DNA of 61,844 nucleotides from Alphaproteobacteria bacterium (GCA_044375625.1 JBILMH010000004.1:1-61844); one strand, 5' to 3'; numbered from the stretch's first letter, positions 9,104-17,774 are shown. The notes: generated by a model not told the origin, from the sequence alone. Numbers and translations are program-made.

Positions 9104-9667
9104 ATGTTACAACGCTCTGAAAAACAGTTGGTTACACGCTATGCCGCGGCATGGGTGTCTGCCCTTGGCAACCGTCCAGCTGTTTGCCGCGACGATCTGC
9201 ATCGGTTGCAGGGGATTCAGCGTGACGTTCCCCCGTTTAAGCGCTTGATTGACGATCGCCTGATTGCCCCCGCTGATCGTATTCGTCTGTTGCAGCTGCT
9301 GTTCCCGAAATTGGGCTTGGACACTGTAACCCAGGCTTGGTTGCTGCAACTGGCCAGGCGGCGGCGGTTGTCGTTGCTGACTCCCTGTTTGGAGGAGGCG
9401 GGAGCCAGATTGTCGCTGGCCGATGGGCGGGAGCGCGCCCGCGTTATTTCCGCGCATCCTATTGAGGATGGCAATCGGACAAAAATTGCTGAGGCGTTGG
9501 CACGCTGGTTAAAATTGGCGCAGACGCCCGAGATTGCCTGGTCAGTCGATCCGCATCTGTTGACCGGATTCCGCTGTCTGATTGGTTCCTACCTACTTGA
9601 TTTCACGGGGGATACCAAGCTAAAGACCATTGCGCGAACGTTGGATGACGGGGTAAGCAGGTTATAG
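9104..9667 (+). CDS. atpH: F0F1 ATP synthase subunit delta (OSCP)
   Basis: 187 aa, immediately upstream of atpA. N-terminal LVTRYAAAWVSAL resembles the conserved RYA.AL segment. The call rests mainly on position and size. Confidence 0.75.
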   Translation: MLQRSEKQLVTRYAAAWVSALGNRPAVCRDDLHRLQGIQRDVPPFKRLIDDRLIAPADRIRLLQLLFPKLGLDTVTQAWLLQLARRRRLSLLTPCLEEAGARLSLADGRERARVISAHPIEDGNRTKIAEALARWLKLAQTPEIAWSVDPHLLTGFRCLIGSYLLDFTGDTKLKTIARTLDDGVSRL

Positions 9668-9709
9668 GTTTTGCAAACAATCGTATCTTAAGTTTTTAGG
9701 GGAAACGTT

Positions 9710-11251
9710 ATGGAAATTCGGGCATCAGAAATTACCCGCCTGTTGGAACAGGAAATTGCGCAGCTGGATCTGCCGCCACAATTGGCCGAGGTTGGTCAGG
9801 TTATCAGCGTTGGTGATGGTATCGCCCGCATCTACGGCCTAACCGGGGTGCAGGCTGGGGAAATGGTGGCCTTTGACAATGGGTTGCAGGGGATGGCGCT
9901 GAACCTGGAGCAGGACAATGTTGGGGTGGTCGTTTTTGGCGATGACAGCGGCATTAAAGAGGGCGATTTGGTGCGTCGGACTGGCAACATCGTTGATGTG
10001 CCAGTGGGCAAGGCCTTGTTGGGTCGGGTGGTTGATGGCCTGGGCAAGCCCATTGATGGCAAGGGCGCCATTAAGACCGATTTGCGCGCCCGGGTTGAGG
10101 TTAAGGCGCCTGGCATCATGCCGCGCCAATCGGTGCATGAGCCGGTTCAAACGGGGATTAAGGCGATTGACGCCCTGATTCCGATTGGTCGGGGGCAGCG
10201 GGAATTGATCATTGGTGACCGCCAGACCGGTAAGACTGCGGTGGCGATTGACACCATTTTGAACCAAAAAGCCGCCAATGATTTGTGCGATGCTGAGGGG
10301 CGGCCGCAGGACAAAATGTACTGCATTTACGTGGCCATCGGCCAAAAACGTTCCAGCGTTGCCCAGATCGTTAAGATCCTGGCGGAGCATGATGCGCTGG
10401 ACTACACCATTGTGGTGGCGGCGACCGCTTCTGACCCTGCACCGCTGCAATTTTTGGCACCCTATTCGGGTTGCAGCATGGGGGAATATTTCCGCGACAA
10501 CGGCATGCACGCCCTGATCGTCTATGATGACTTGTCGAAGCACGCGGTGGCCTATCGCCAAATGTCGCTGTTGCTGCGTCGTCCACCAGGGCGTGAGGCC
10601 TATCCGGGCGATGTGTTCTACCTGCACTCCCGCTTGCTTGAGCGTGCCGCTAAGCTGAACGCGGATCAGGGCAGCGGTTCGTTAACCGCCCTGCCGATCA
10701 TTGAAACCCAGGCGGGCGATGTGTCGGCCTATATCCCGACCAACGTCATTTCGATTACCGATGGCCAGATCTTTTTGGAGACGGAGCTGTTCTATAAGGG
10801 GATCCGCCCCGCGATTAACGTCGGTATCTCGGTCAGCCGGGTTGGATCCGCCGCGCAAATTAAGGCGATGAAGCAGGTGGCCGGCAAAATTAAGCTGGAA
10901 TTGGCGCAATACCGTGAAATGGCCGCCTTTGCCCAGTTTGCCAGCGATTTGGACGCTACCACCCAACGGCTGCTGCTGCGTGGGGAAAAGCTGACCGAAC
11001 TGCTAAAGCAACCGCAATATGCGCCGATGGTGGTGGAGATGCAGGTGGTGATGATCTACGCGGGTACCCGTGGCTATTTGGACACCATCAAAAGCAGTGA
11101 GGTGACGCGCTTTGAGACCGAGTTGGCGCATGAGTTGACCAGCAGGCATGCCGATTTGTTGGCCGCGATTCGCAACGAAAAGCAGCTTTCCAGCAGCTCT
11201 GAAGCCCAGCTGAAGACGGCCTTGGAAAAATTTGTCAGCGTGTTTGCGTAA
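9710..11251 (+). CDS. atpA: F0F1 ATP synthase subunit alpha
   Basis: Walker [16 protein letters not shown], plus [31 protein letters not shown] and other hallmark atpA segments. Confidence 0.97.
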   Translation: MEIRASEITRLLEQEIAQLDLPPQLAEVGQVISVGDGIARIYGLTGVQAGEMVAFDNGLQGMALNLEQDNVGVVVFGDDSGIKEGDLVRRTGNIVDVPVGKALLGRVVDGLGKPIDGKGAIKTDLRARVEVKAPGIMPRQSVHEPVQTGIKAIDALIPIGRGQRELIIGDRQTGKTAVAIDTILNQKAANDLCDAEGRPQDKMYCIYVAIGQKRSSVAQIVKILAEHDALDYTIVVAATASDPAPLQFLAPYSGCSMGEYFRDNGMHALIVYDDLSKHAVAYRQMSLLLRRPPGREAYPGDVFYLHSRLLERAAKLNADQGSGSLTALPIIETQAGDVSAYIPTNVISITDGQIFLETELFYKGIRPAINVGISVSRVGSAAQIKAMKQVAGKIKLELAQYREMAAFAQFASDLDATTQRLLLRGEKLTELLKQPQYAPMVVEMQVVMIYAGTRGYLDTIKSSEVTRFETELAHELTSRHADLLAAIRNEKQLSSSSEAQLKTALEKFVSVFA

Positions 11252-11292
11252 TCGTGCACGCAGGTTAAGAACAAGGGGTTAGACAAAAGGCT

Positions 11293-12156
11293 ATGGCATC
11301 TCTTCAGGATCTCCGCACCCGTTTGCGCGGGGTGAAAGCGACCCAAAAGATTACGCAAGCCATGAAAATGGTGGCAGCGGCCAAGCTGAAGCGTGCGACC
11401 GATCGCGTGCATGGCAGCCAACCTTATGCCGCCGCCCTGGCCGGCTTGGTGCATCAATGCCTGGCCGAGGTTAATGCCGCCGATTGGCCAATCCTGCGCT
11501 CGGCTGGCGCGGATGAATACCCGCTGTATGTGATCGTTGGGGGTGAGCGCGGTTTGTGTGGCGCCTTTAACAACAACCTGCTGCGGGAGGTTCGGCGCAC
11601 CTTTCGCCGTCACCGCGCCCTGAACCAGCGCTGGCAAACCCTGTGCCTGGGCAAAAAACCGTTTGACGGCCTGGTGCGGGAATTTGCCAACAGCTTTTTG
11701 ATTCGTGAACCCCGTCCCAGCAGCCTTAGCCCCGTTGAGGCGGCCGAATTGGCGCAAAAGCTGGTCGATGGTTTTGTTAGCGGCCGCTACAGCTCGATCA
11801 ACCTGATATACAACCACATGGCCTCTGCCATTAAGCAGGATCCGACCCATAAGGCCTTATTGCCCCTGCATATGCCCGAACCCACCCCCACCAACGATCG
11901 CTTTGAATACAGCGATCCAAAGCCTGAATTGCTTGAAAAATTGCTGACCAGCCATTTGGCGGCGCAACTGTACAGCATCTCGTTGGAAAATGCCGCGGGG
12001 GAACAGGCGGCGCGGATGGTTGCCATGGATAACGCCACCCGTAATGCGGGCAAGATGATCAGCCGCCTTAGCCTGCAATACAACCGTCAGCGCCAGGCCA
12101 ATATTACCCGCGAAATCATCGAAATTGTGTCGGGGGCTGGTGCCCAGGCGGGCTAA
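11293..12156 (+). CDS. atpG: F0F1 ATP synthase subunit gamma
   Basis: MASLQDLRTRLRGVKATQKITQAMKMVAAAKLKRA N-terminus and C-terminal NRQRQANITREIIEIVSGA, both typical of gamma subunits. Confidence 0.95.
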   Translation: MASLQDLRTRLRGVKATQKITQAMKMVAAAKLKRATDRVHGSQPYAAALAGLVHQCLAEVNAADWPILRSAGADEYPLYVIVGGERGLCGAFNNNLLREVRRTFRRHRALNQRWQTLCLGKKPFDGLVREFANSFLIREPRPSSLSPVEAAELAQKLVDGFVSGRYSSINLIYNHMASAIKQDPTHKALLPLHMPEPTPTNDRFEYSDPKPELLEKLLTSHLAAQLYSISLENAAGEQAARMVAMDNATRNAGKMISRLSLQYNRQRQANITREIIEIVSGAGAQAG

Positions 12157-12216
12157 TCCAAGCCAGCCCATCCTGACACTCGCCGCCGCCACCCCATCCA
12201 GTTTAAGGAGCCTGCC

Positions 12217-12570
12217 ATGCCCCACGCCGTTATCGAATTTTCCGCCAACCTGACTGAGGTGATGCAGACCACCCACGCCACGGCGGCGGTGCATCAGGCC
12301 ATGATGGCCAGCGGTCTGTTTGCGGTGCCGGCCGACATCAAAACCCGCGCCTACGCCGCCCAGGACTTTTTGGTGGGAGAATTGGGGCAGCAGGGCAGCT
12401 TTGTTCACGTCACCGTCAGCCTGCTGGAGGGGCGCACCATCGCCCAGAAACAAGCCCTGACCGAACGGGTGCGCGACGCCCTGCAACAGCTGTTGCCCAC
12501 GGTGGAACAGCTTAGCGTTGATATCCGCGACATGACCAAAGATACCTATCGCAAGGCCGTGATCTCTTAA
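12217..12570 (+). CDS. 5-carboxymethyl-2-hydroxymuconate isomerase-like (tautomerase superfamily) protein
   Basis: MPHAVIEFSANL start (Pro2 after Met) and ~117-aa size are typical of CHMI family proteins. AAGGAG RBS upstream. Confidence 0.7.
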   Translation: MPHAVIEFSANLTEVMQTTHATAAVHQAMMASGLFAVPADIKTRAYAAQDFLVGELGQQGSFVHVTVSLLEGRTIAQKQALTERVRDALQQLLPTVEQLSVDIRDMTKDTYRKAVIS

Positions 12571-12621
12571 CAGCCGCTTGCCTGGGATTGCGCCCAGGCC
12601 TCAAACAGGCTATAGCCGCCC

Positions 12622-14484
12622 ATGGCCAAACGACAACTTCTTAGTCTCGAAGACATCCAGCTGAGCATTGGCAACACGCCGCTGTTTCAGGGGGTGAATT
12701 TGCATGTGCATGAGGGCGACAAAATCTGCCTGATTGGCCGTAACGGTGCGGGCAAAACCACCCTGATGCGGCTGATTATGGGGCAGATTAAGGCCGATGG
12801 CGGTGCCAGCTTTCGCTATCCCGGCTGCACCATCGGCTATTTGGCGCAACAGGTTGATTTTTCCAACAATGAAACGGTGCGCGACTTTGTCATGCACGGC
12901 CTGGCGCATAAGCCAGAGGATGACCAGCTGTCCTATCGCGCCGACATCGTGTTGGCGCCTTTAGGCCTGGATCCCGACGCGCTGATGGGGCATTTGTCGG
13001 GTGGGCAGTTGCGGCGGGCAGCCCTGGCACAGGCGTTGGTGGATGAACCCGACATCCTGCTGCTGGATGAGCCGACCAACCATTTGGATCTTGAGGCAAT
13101 TCAGTGGCTGGAACAGTTTTTGGCCGCCAGCCGCAGCGCGATCATCTGCGTCAGCCACGATCGCACCTTTCTGAGCAATTTTACCAGCACCGTTTTTTGG
13201 TTGGAACAGGGGGTGGTGCGCATTTGCCCCAGTGGCTATGCGGGGTTTGAGGAGTGGGCGGACGGCCTGTTGGAGCTGGAGGCGCGCACCCTGCACAACA
13301 TGAACAAAAAGCTGCAGGTGGAGTTGGATTGGACACAGGGCGGGGTGACGGCACGGCGCAAACGCAACCAACGCCGCCTGAATGAGCTGCATCGTCTGCG
13401 TGAAAAGATTCGGGCGGATAAAGCCGCCCTGGCCAGCAAAAAGGCGACGATTGAGCTGGATCCGCTGGCCGCCACCGCCAGCTCAAAAATCGCCGTGGAG
13501 TTTAAGAATGTCACCAAGTCCTTTGAGCGCGATGGCAAAAACATCCCGATTTTGCAGGATTTTTCCCTGCGAATTCTGCGCGGCGACCGCATCGGCATTC
13601 TGGGACCCAACGGATCGGGCAAATCCACCTTTCTAAAGCTGTTGATTGGTGAGTTGGAGCCCGACAGCGGCTTTATTTTCCGCAACAAAAAGATGGAGTT
13701 GGCCTATTTTGACCAGCACCGCACCGCCCTGGATCCCAACAAAAGCCTGTGGAACACCCTGGCACCCGATGGCGATTATGTGTTCATGGGCGGCGATCCG
13801 AAACGACCCCGCCATGTGGCGGCCTATCTGAAGAATTTTATGTTTGATCCCAAACGGGTGCGGGACGATGTTGGCACCCTGTCGGGCGGCATGCAAAACC
13901 GATTGATGCTGGCGCGCACCCTGATCAACCCAGGCAATCTGATGATCCTGGATGAGCCGACCAACGATTTGGACATGGACACCTTGGACATGTTGCAGGA
14001 TATTTTGGCCGACTACGCGGGGACGCTGATGATCGTCAGCCACGACCGCGACTTTTTGGATCGCACCGTGACGGAGGTGATGGCGTTTGAAGGCAATGCC
14101 CATATTACCAGCACCATGGGCGGCTACAGCGACTATTTGGCCAGCAAGGGGGGCGGGCGATCTTCGGCTGCGGGCAAGGCCAAGGCTGCGGGTGCGGGTG
14201 CCCCTGCTGCCAAAACCTTGTCCACCGCCACCACTGCCCCCCCTGCCCCGCGCCGCAAGCTGGATGGGAAGGAGCAGCGGGAGTTGCAACAGCTGCCCGA
14301 CCGCATCGCAAAATTAGAGGCTAAGCTGGCGGATCTGCATCAACAGCTGGCCGACCCCCAGCTGTATGTCCGCGATCCCGCCCGTTTTGACGCGGTGGCC
14401 GCCGAAATTACCGCTACCCAGGCCGCCACCGATACCGCGATGGCACGCTGGATGGAGCTGGAGGAGAAGGCGGCGGCTATATAG
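12622..14484 (+). CDS. uup: ABC-F family ATPase (Uup-like), two ABC domains plus C-terminal coiled coil
   Basis: Two Walker A sites (GRNGAGKTTL, GPNGSGKSTF), two signature motifs (LSGGQLRR, LSGGMQNR), and LLLDEPTNHLD / ILDEPTNDLD. The stop TAG (14482-14484) lies inside the terminus of the MITE-like element. Confidence 0.9.
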   Translation: MAKRQLLSLEDIQLSIGNTPLFQGVNLHVHEGDKICLIGRNGAGKTTLMRLIMGQIKADGGASFRYPGCTIGYLAQQVDFSNNETVRDFVMHGLAHKPEDDQLSYRADIVLAPLGLDPDALMGHLSGGQLRRAALAQALVDEPDILLLDEPTNHLDLEAIQWLEQFLAASRSAIICVSHDRTFLSNFTSTVFWLEQGVVRICPSGYAGFEEWADGLLELEARTLHNMNKKLQVELDWTQGGVTARRKRNQRRLNELHRLREKIRADKAALASKKATIELDPLAATASSKIAVEFKNVTKSFERDGKNIPILQDFSLRILRGDRIGILGPNGSGKSTFLKLLIGELEPDSGFIFRNKKMELAYFDQHRTALDPNKSLWNTLAPDGDYVFMGGDPKRPRHVAAYLKNFMFDPKRVRDDVGTLSGGMQNRLMLARTLINPGNLMILDEPTNDLDMDTLDMLQDILADYAGTLMIVSHDRDFLDRTVTEVMAFEGNAHITSTMGGYSDYLASKGGGRSSAAGKAKAAGAGAPAAKTLSTATTAPPAPRRKLDGKEQRELQQLPDRIAKLEAKLADLHQQLADPQLYVRDPARFDAVAAEITATQAATDTAMARWMELEEKAAAI

Positions 14485-14628
14485 TCATTCCACTTTAGAA
14501 ATCCACAGTGCTGCAAATGTCACGATCTCTGTGATACGGTGCTCATGTACGTCCATGTACACTCCGCTCCGTTTCTCGACCTCGTAACATTTTCGCAGGC
14601 TGTATATTTCTAAATTGGAACGACTATA
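14480..14628 (+). mobile_element. MITE-like element, copy A (~149 bp, ~23-bp terminal inverted repeats, TA-flanked)
   Basis: The left end tatagtcattccactttagaaat matches the reverse complement of the right end, tatagtcgttccaatttagaaat, at 21/23. The whole element matches the reverse complement of 52432-52581, with about 9 substitutions and 1 indel by manual alignment. Confidence 0.85.
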
Positions 14629-14656
14629 GTTCCAGCGACTAGAGCGAAAATGGGCA

Positions 14657-14962
14657 TCAGTTGCCGCCGCCCTTTTCCATCACCACCGATTCATCGGCAG
14701 CGGTAAAGCCCAGCATGGCGCGGGCGCGTTCATCCAACAGATCGGGATCAATCCGTTGTGGCCGCAACAGCTGCACCCGATTTTCCAGGGCGGCAATGGC
14801 AGCCTTTTTGCTGGTCACCTGTTCGGTCAGCTGTTCCAACCGATGATGCACCTGGTACCAGGCCAACAGGCCGCGGTTGCCATAAATGGCGTGAAAGCCA
14901 AAATAGCCCGTCGATAAGACGATCAGCAGCAACAGCAGGGTACGACGATTACGCATGGGCAC
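14657..14962 (-). CDS. ftsB: Septum formation initiator (FtsB/DivIC family)
   Basis: 101 aa. N-terminal TM segment (TLLLLLIVLSTGYFGFHAIYG), then a coiled coil with RIDPDLLDERARAMLGF, as in alphaproteobacterial FtsB-like proteins. Confidence 0.8.
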   Translation of the reverse strand: MPMRNRRTLLLLLIVLSTGYFGFHAIYGNRGLLAWYQVHHRLEQLTEQVTSKKAAIAALENRVQLLRPQRIDPDLLDERARAMLGFTAADESVVMEKGGGN

Positions 14963-15137
14963 TTCTGATGGCAGCCATCCCGCTTATAAACAGGGCGGGC
15001 AGGCCAACGGGGAGGGTGAGGGGTGGAGGAGGGGTTAATAGGGTGTATTTAGCCATACAACTTGTTGATTTGTCTATCGGTGCGTGACGCAGAAGAAAAC
15101 AGGTTGCATTTCATTTTAGAATCTAGCCCTGTGGCGT

Positions 15138-15178
15138 TACCAAAAGCGTTTTGATGCAAAGGCTTTGCCAGATCCTGT
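15138..15178 (+). repeat. 41-bp direct repeat, copy 1 (taccaaaagcgttttgatgcaaaggctttgccagatcctgt)
   Basis: 39/41 identical to 16229-16269. The two copies bracket the AT-rich zinc-ribbon/DUF4145-like gene. Confidence 0.9.
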
Positions 15179-15265
15179 GAAGATAGAAGATTACTTATTT
15201 TAGAGGTGGATATGTAGCACAGGATGATGATGTATGTCAGATATTCAACTTAAGATAATTAGCGC

Positions 15266-16168
15266 TTATTCCGCTTGTTTTTTCTTGGACTTAATCTTCA
15301 GCAAATTTGAAACAGCAGTGTTTAGTTGCGCATCATCTTTCATGGCTTGAGCCATTTTTTCCACTAATTCTGTTAGAACAACACGAATGTCTCTTGCTAA
15401 AAACAAGCATTCATCATCTGTTTTTGCATGTAATCCTTCGCTCAAGGCACTATGAAGAAGTACTAGTGGATTATGTCCGCTAATACGTAATGCTTGAGGA
15501 ATAGCGTGCTTAATTTTTTCTATTGCCTTACTAAATTGAGTTTCTTGTTTTGCAGATTTTAGATCTTCGATTAGTTTTTGATCAGCATTCAGCGTTTCTG
15601 AAACTCTAATTATTTGGTCAAAAATGTTATTTCGTCTTTCTTCGATTATTCGCCTGTAATAGCCAAAAGCACCTATACCAAGTCCTTGTGTTTCGCATCG
15701 CCTTCCTTTGAAGAAATAATCTTTTTCCGATCCAAGTAAACTAACTAATCTTGCGGGGGTTGGCGATCCAAAAGCAGGTCTTTCACCATATTTTACGATG
15801 GACGCTAACGCTGTCTGCTTATCAAGGGTGGCCTCAATAGAAAATGTTTTTCTAACACTTTCACAGTTCTTGCATATATATATTAAAAATTCATGCGAAT
15901 TACCTGATGATCCCAAGTAAATATGATCGTCTTTTGTAGCAAAGAACCGTGGGCCATTACATTGGCCGTCGCTACAATGCAAATTGATTTCAGGTAGGCT
16001 GATTCCTTGAGATGCATTTGATGCATTATAACGATAACAAGATTCAGTCTCTACATGAACGATTTTATCGGGGGGCGTTTCTTCTAGAAATGATTTCATA
16101 GTGATGGGAGTTGCCTCATGAGTAGGCTTTTCTACACTTTTTGCAGACAGCAAATTCTCGTTGTTCAT
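15266..16168 (-). CDS. Hypothetical protein: N-terminal Cys-rich (zinc-ribbon-like) region plus C-terminal DUF4145-like helical domain
   Basis: CSDGQCNGPRFF...CKNCESVRKTF gives two CxxC-type pairs. FFKGRRCETQGLGIGAFGYYRRIIEERR resembles the DUF4145 core. The ATG at 16168 is preceded by GAGGG, while the longer ORF to 16234 runs into the repeat. 20/60 G+C in 15541-15600. Confidence 0.6.
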   Translation of the reverse strand: MNNENLLSAKSVEKPTHEATPITMKSFLEETPPDKIVHVETESCYRYNASNASQGISLPEINLHCSDGQCNGPRFFATKDDHIYLGSSGNSHEFLIYICKNCESVRKTFSIEATLDKQTALASIVKYGERPAFGSPTPARLVSLLGSEKDYFFKGRRCETQGLGIGAFGYYRRIIEERRNNIFDQIIRVSETLNADQKLIEDLKSAKQETQFSKAIEKIKHAIPQALRISGHNPLVLLHSALSEGLHAKTDDECLFLARDIRVVLTELVEKMAQAMKDDAQLNTAVSNLLKIKSKKKQAE

Positions 16169-16228
16169 TTTACCCTCACAGGATTTGAACCTAAAAACAC
16201 TAGGTGAAACATACACGGCCTTTCGGGC

Positions 16229-16269
16229 TACCAAAAGCGTTTTGATGCAAAGGCTTTGCCGGAACCTGT
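16229..16269 (+). repeat. 41-bp direct repeat, copy 2
   Basis: taccaaaagcgttttgatgcaaaggctttgccggaacctgt. It abuts the stop codon of the GIY-YIG gene (16270). Confidence 0.9.
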
Positions 16270-16521
16270 TTAGGGCGCCCTAAAACGCAGTTTTTGAAAT
16301 CTTCGACCCGCTTGTGTTTTCAAATAAGCTTCAAAATCCTGCGCTGTCTTTTTATCACTAAACGCGAAATAGGCATGAAGTTTCCATGGTTGATACTTTG
16401 TGGTGTGCCCAGAATTCCCTTCGGCATTATGTTCTATCAGCCTACGTTTTAAATCCTCGGTAAAACCTGTGTAGAATTTTTCAGGGTGGCTGGCACTTTC
16501 AAGGATGTAGACGTACCACAT
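16270..16521 (-). CDS. GIY-YIG nuclease family protein (small stand-alone URI domain)
   Basis: WYVYILESASHPEKFYTGFTEDLKRRLIEHN is the GIY...YxG...R..EH pattern of GIY-YIG domains. 83 aa. Confidence 0.8.
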   Translation of the reverse strand: MWYVYILESASHPEKFYTGFTEDLKRRLIEHNAEGNSGHTTKYQPWKLHAYFAFSDKKTAQDFEAYLKTQAGRRFQKLRFRAP

Positions 16522-16587
16522 CTGTATTCCTTATCTATTCCGTCACAATCCAATCCTCGCTTTGCTCGGGTTTGTGACGAGAACCTC

Positions 16588-16622
16588 GTCAATCCCAAGA
16601 AAGCGTCGCTTTCTGGATTGAC
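16588..16622 (-). terminator. Long imperfect hairpin immediately 3' of tRNA-Pro (possible terminator/processing structure)
   Basis: On the minus strand, gtcaatccagaaagcg / cgctttcttgggattgac form a ~14-bp stem with a 2-nt bulge, 3 nt after the tRNA 3' end. There is no clear U-tract. Confidence 0.35.
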
Positions 16623-16625
16623 GGG

Positions 16626-16702
16626 TGGTCGGAGTGGCGGGATTCGAACCCACGACCCCTAGCACCCCATGCTAGTGCGCTACCAGACTGCGCTACACTC
16701 CG
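16626..16702 (-). tRNA. tRNA-Pro (anticodon GGG), CCA encoded
   Basis: The reverse complement folds by hand as CGGAGTG TA GCGC AGTCTGGTA GCGC A CTAGC ATGGGGT GCTAG GGGTC GTGGG TTCGAAT CCCGC CACTCCG A CCA. The anticodon loop AT-GGG-GT carries G37. Confidence 0.9.
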
Positions 16703-16922
16703 AACGCCCAAGCTAACCGTTCCTGCGTTGATGCACAAGAGCAGAACAAAAGGTCATCATTTCCGCGCCGGCAGCAAGGGTGGATACCAATCAGACAGAA
16801 CGACGAAACAACCCCCCACCCCACCCCCGCCAGAATGACGCAGATTTTTCAGCTGTGCGAGTCGTCATCTTGGCCTAAGATGGGGGCAGTTTTTTCCATT
16901 TTTTCGTTTTGCAAAGCTGCCC

Positions 16923-17720
16923 ATGCCCCGCCGTTCCTTTTCCTCCGCCTCCCGCAACCCTGCTGCCGCTGGCCGCAACACCCCCGCGGGCGGCGATTGG
17001 CTGTACGGACGGCACACAGTCTTGGCGGCGCTTAGCAACCCTGCACGGCGCCTGGCGCGGCTGTATCTGACCGACAGCAGTGCCAGCGACAGCGTGCTGT
17101 TGGCGGCCGCCGCCGCGCGGCAATTGCCCCCTGCCCAGGTGACAGCGGCGGAGTTGACCCGCTGGCTGCCCCCCGGCGCGGTGCATCAGGGGGTGGCGTT
17201 GCAGGCCGCCGCTCTCGCCCAACCGCATCTGGCCGATTTTCTGGATGAGTTGCCGACGGATCAGGGCGGCACCCTGTTGCTGTTGGATCAGGTGGTTGAC
17301 CCGCAAAATTTGGGCAGCCTGTTGCGTTCTGCCGCCGCCTTTGGCGCGTTGGCGGTGGTGATGCCGCATGACCGCAGCCCGCCGCTGACAGGTTCGGTGG
17401 CCAAGGCGGCCAGCGGCGCGTTGGAGCTGGTGCCCATCATCACCGTCGCCAATTTGGTGCAGGCGATGACGCGCGCGAAGGAGGCGGGCTTTTGGTGCGT
17501 CGGGTTGGATGAGGGCGGCGAGAAAACCCTGGATCAGGTTGATTTGGGCAACCGCATCGCCCTGGTACTGGGGGCTGAGGGGGCAGGGCTGCGGCGGCTG
17601 ACCCGCGATCATTGCGACCTGATTGCCCAGCTGCCCACCAACCCCGCCTTTCCCACCCTGAACGCGGCGGTGGCGGGGGCGATTGCCCTGTACCAACTGC
17701 ACCTCAACCAGCCGACTTAG
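16923..17720 (+). CDS. rlmB: 23S rRNA (guanosine-2'-O)-methyltransferase RlmB (SpoU/TrmH family)
   Basis: GRHTVLAALSNPARRLARLYL (SpoU substrate-binding-like N-domain), NLGSLLRSAAAFG, LVLGAEGAGLRRLTRDHCDLIAQLP and LNAAVAGAIALY. Confidence 0.85.
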   Translation: MPRRSFSSASRNPAAAGRNTPAGGDWLYGRHTVLAALSNPARRLARLYLTDSSASDSVLLAAAAARQLPPAQVTAAELTRWLPPGAVHQGVALQAAALAQPHLADFLDELPTDQGGTLLLLDQVVDPQNLGSLLRSAAAFGALAVVMPHDRSPPLTGSVAKAASGALELVPIITVANLVQAMTRAKEAGFWCVGLDEGGEKTLDQVDLGNRIALVLGAEGAGLRRLTRDHCDLIAQLPTNPAFPTLNAAVAGAIALYQLHLNQPT

Positions 17721-17774
17721 ATGACTTGGTTGACGACTTGGCAGACGACTTGGCCGCCAACTTGGCCGCGCTTG
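17716..17774 (+). repeat. Phased ~12-bp imperfect tandem repeat (cttggNNgacga-like units, about 5 copies)
   Basis: cttagatga cttggttgacga cttggcagacga cttggccgccaa cttggccgcg cttg. It starts at the rlmB stop codon and ends 49 nt upstream of tRNA-Thr. Confidence 0.6.

Noticed and set aside
14366-14587. ORFs 14366..14587 (+) and 52447..52728 (-) encode similar peptides (LEIHSAANVTISVIRCSCTSMYTP / LEIYSAANITISAIRCSCTSVYTP), which suggests a small conserved protein.
   Set aside because: The similarity comes from both ORFs reading through the two MITE copies. The single-base indel between copies shifts the frame afterwards, and both ORFs begin in unrelated flanking DNA. Neither has a start context inside the element.
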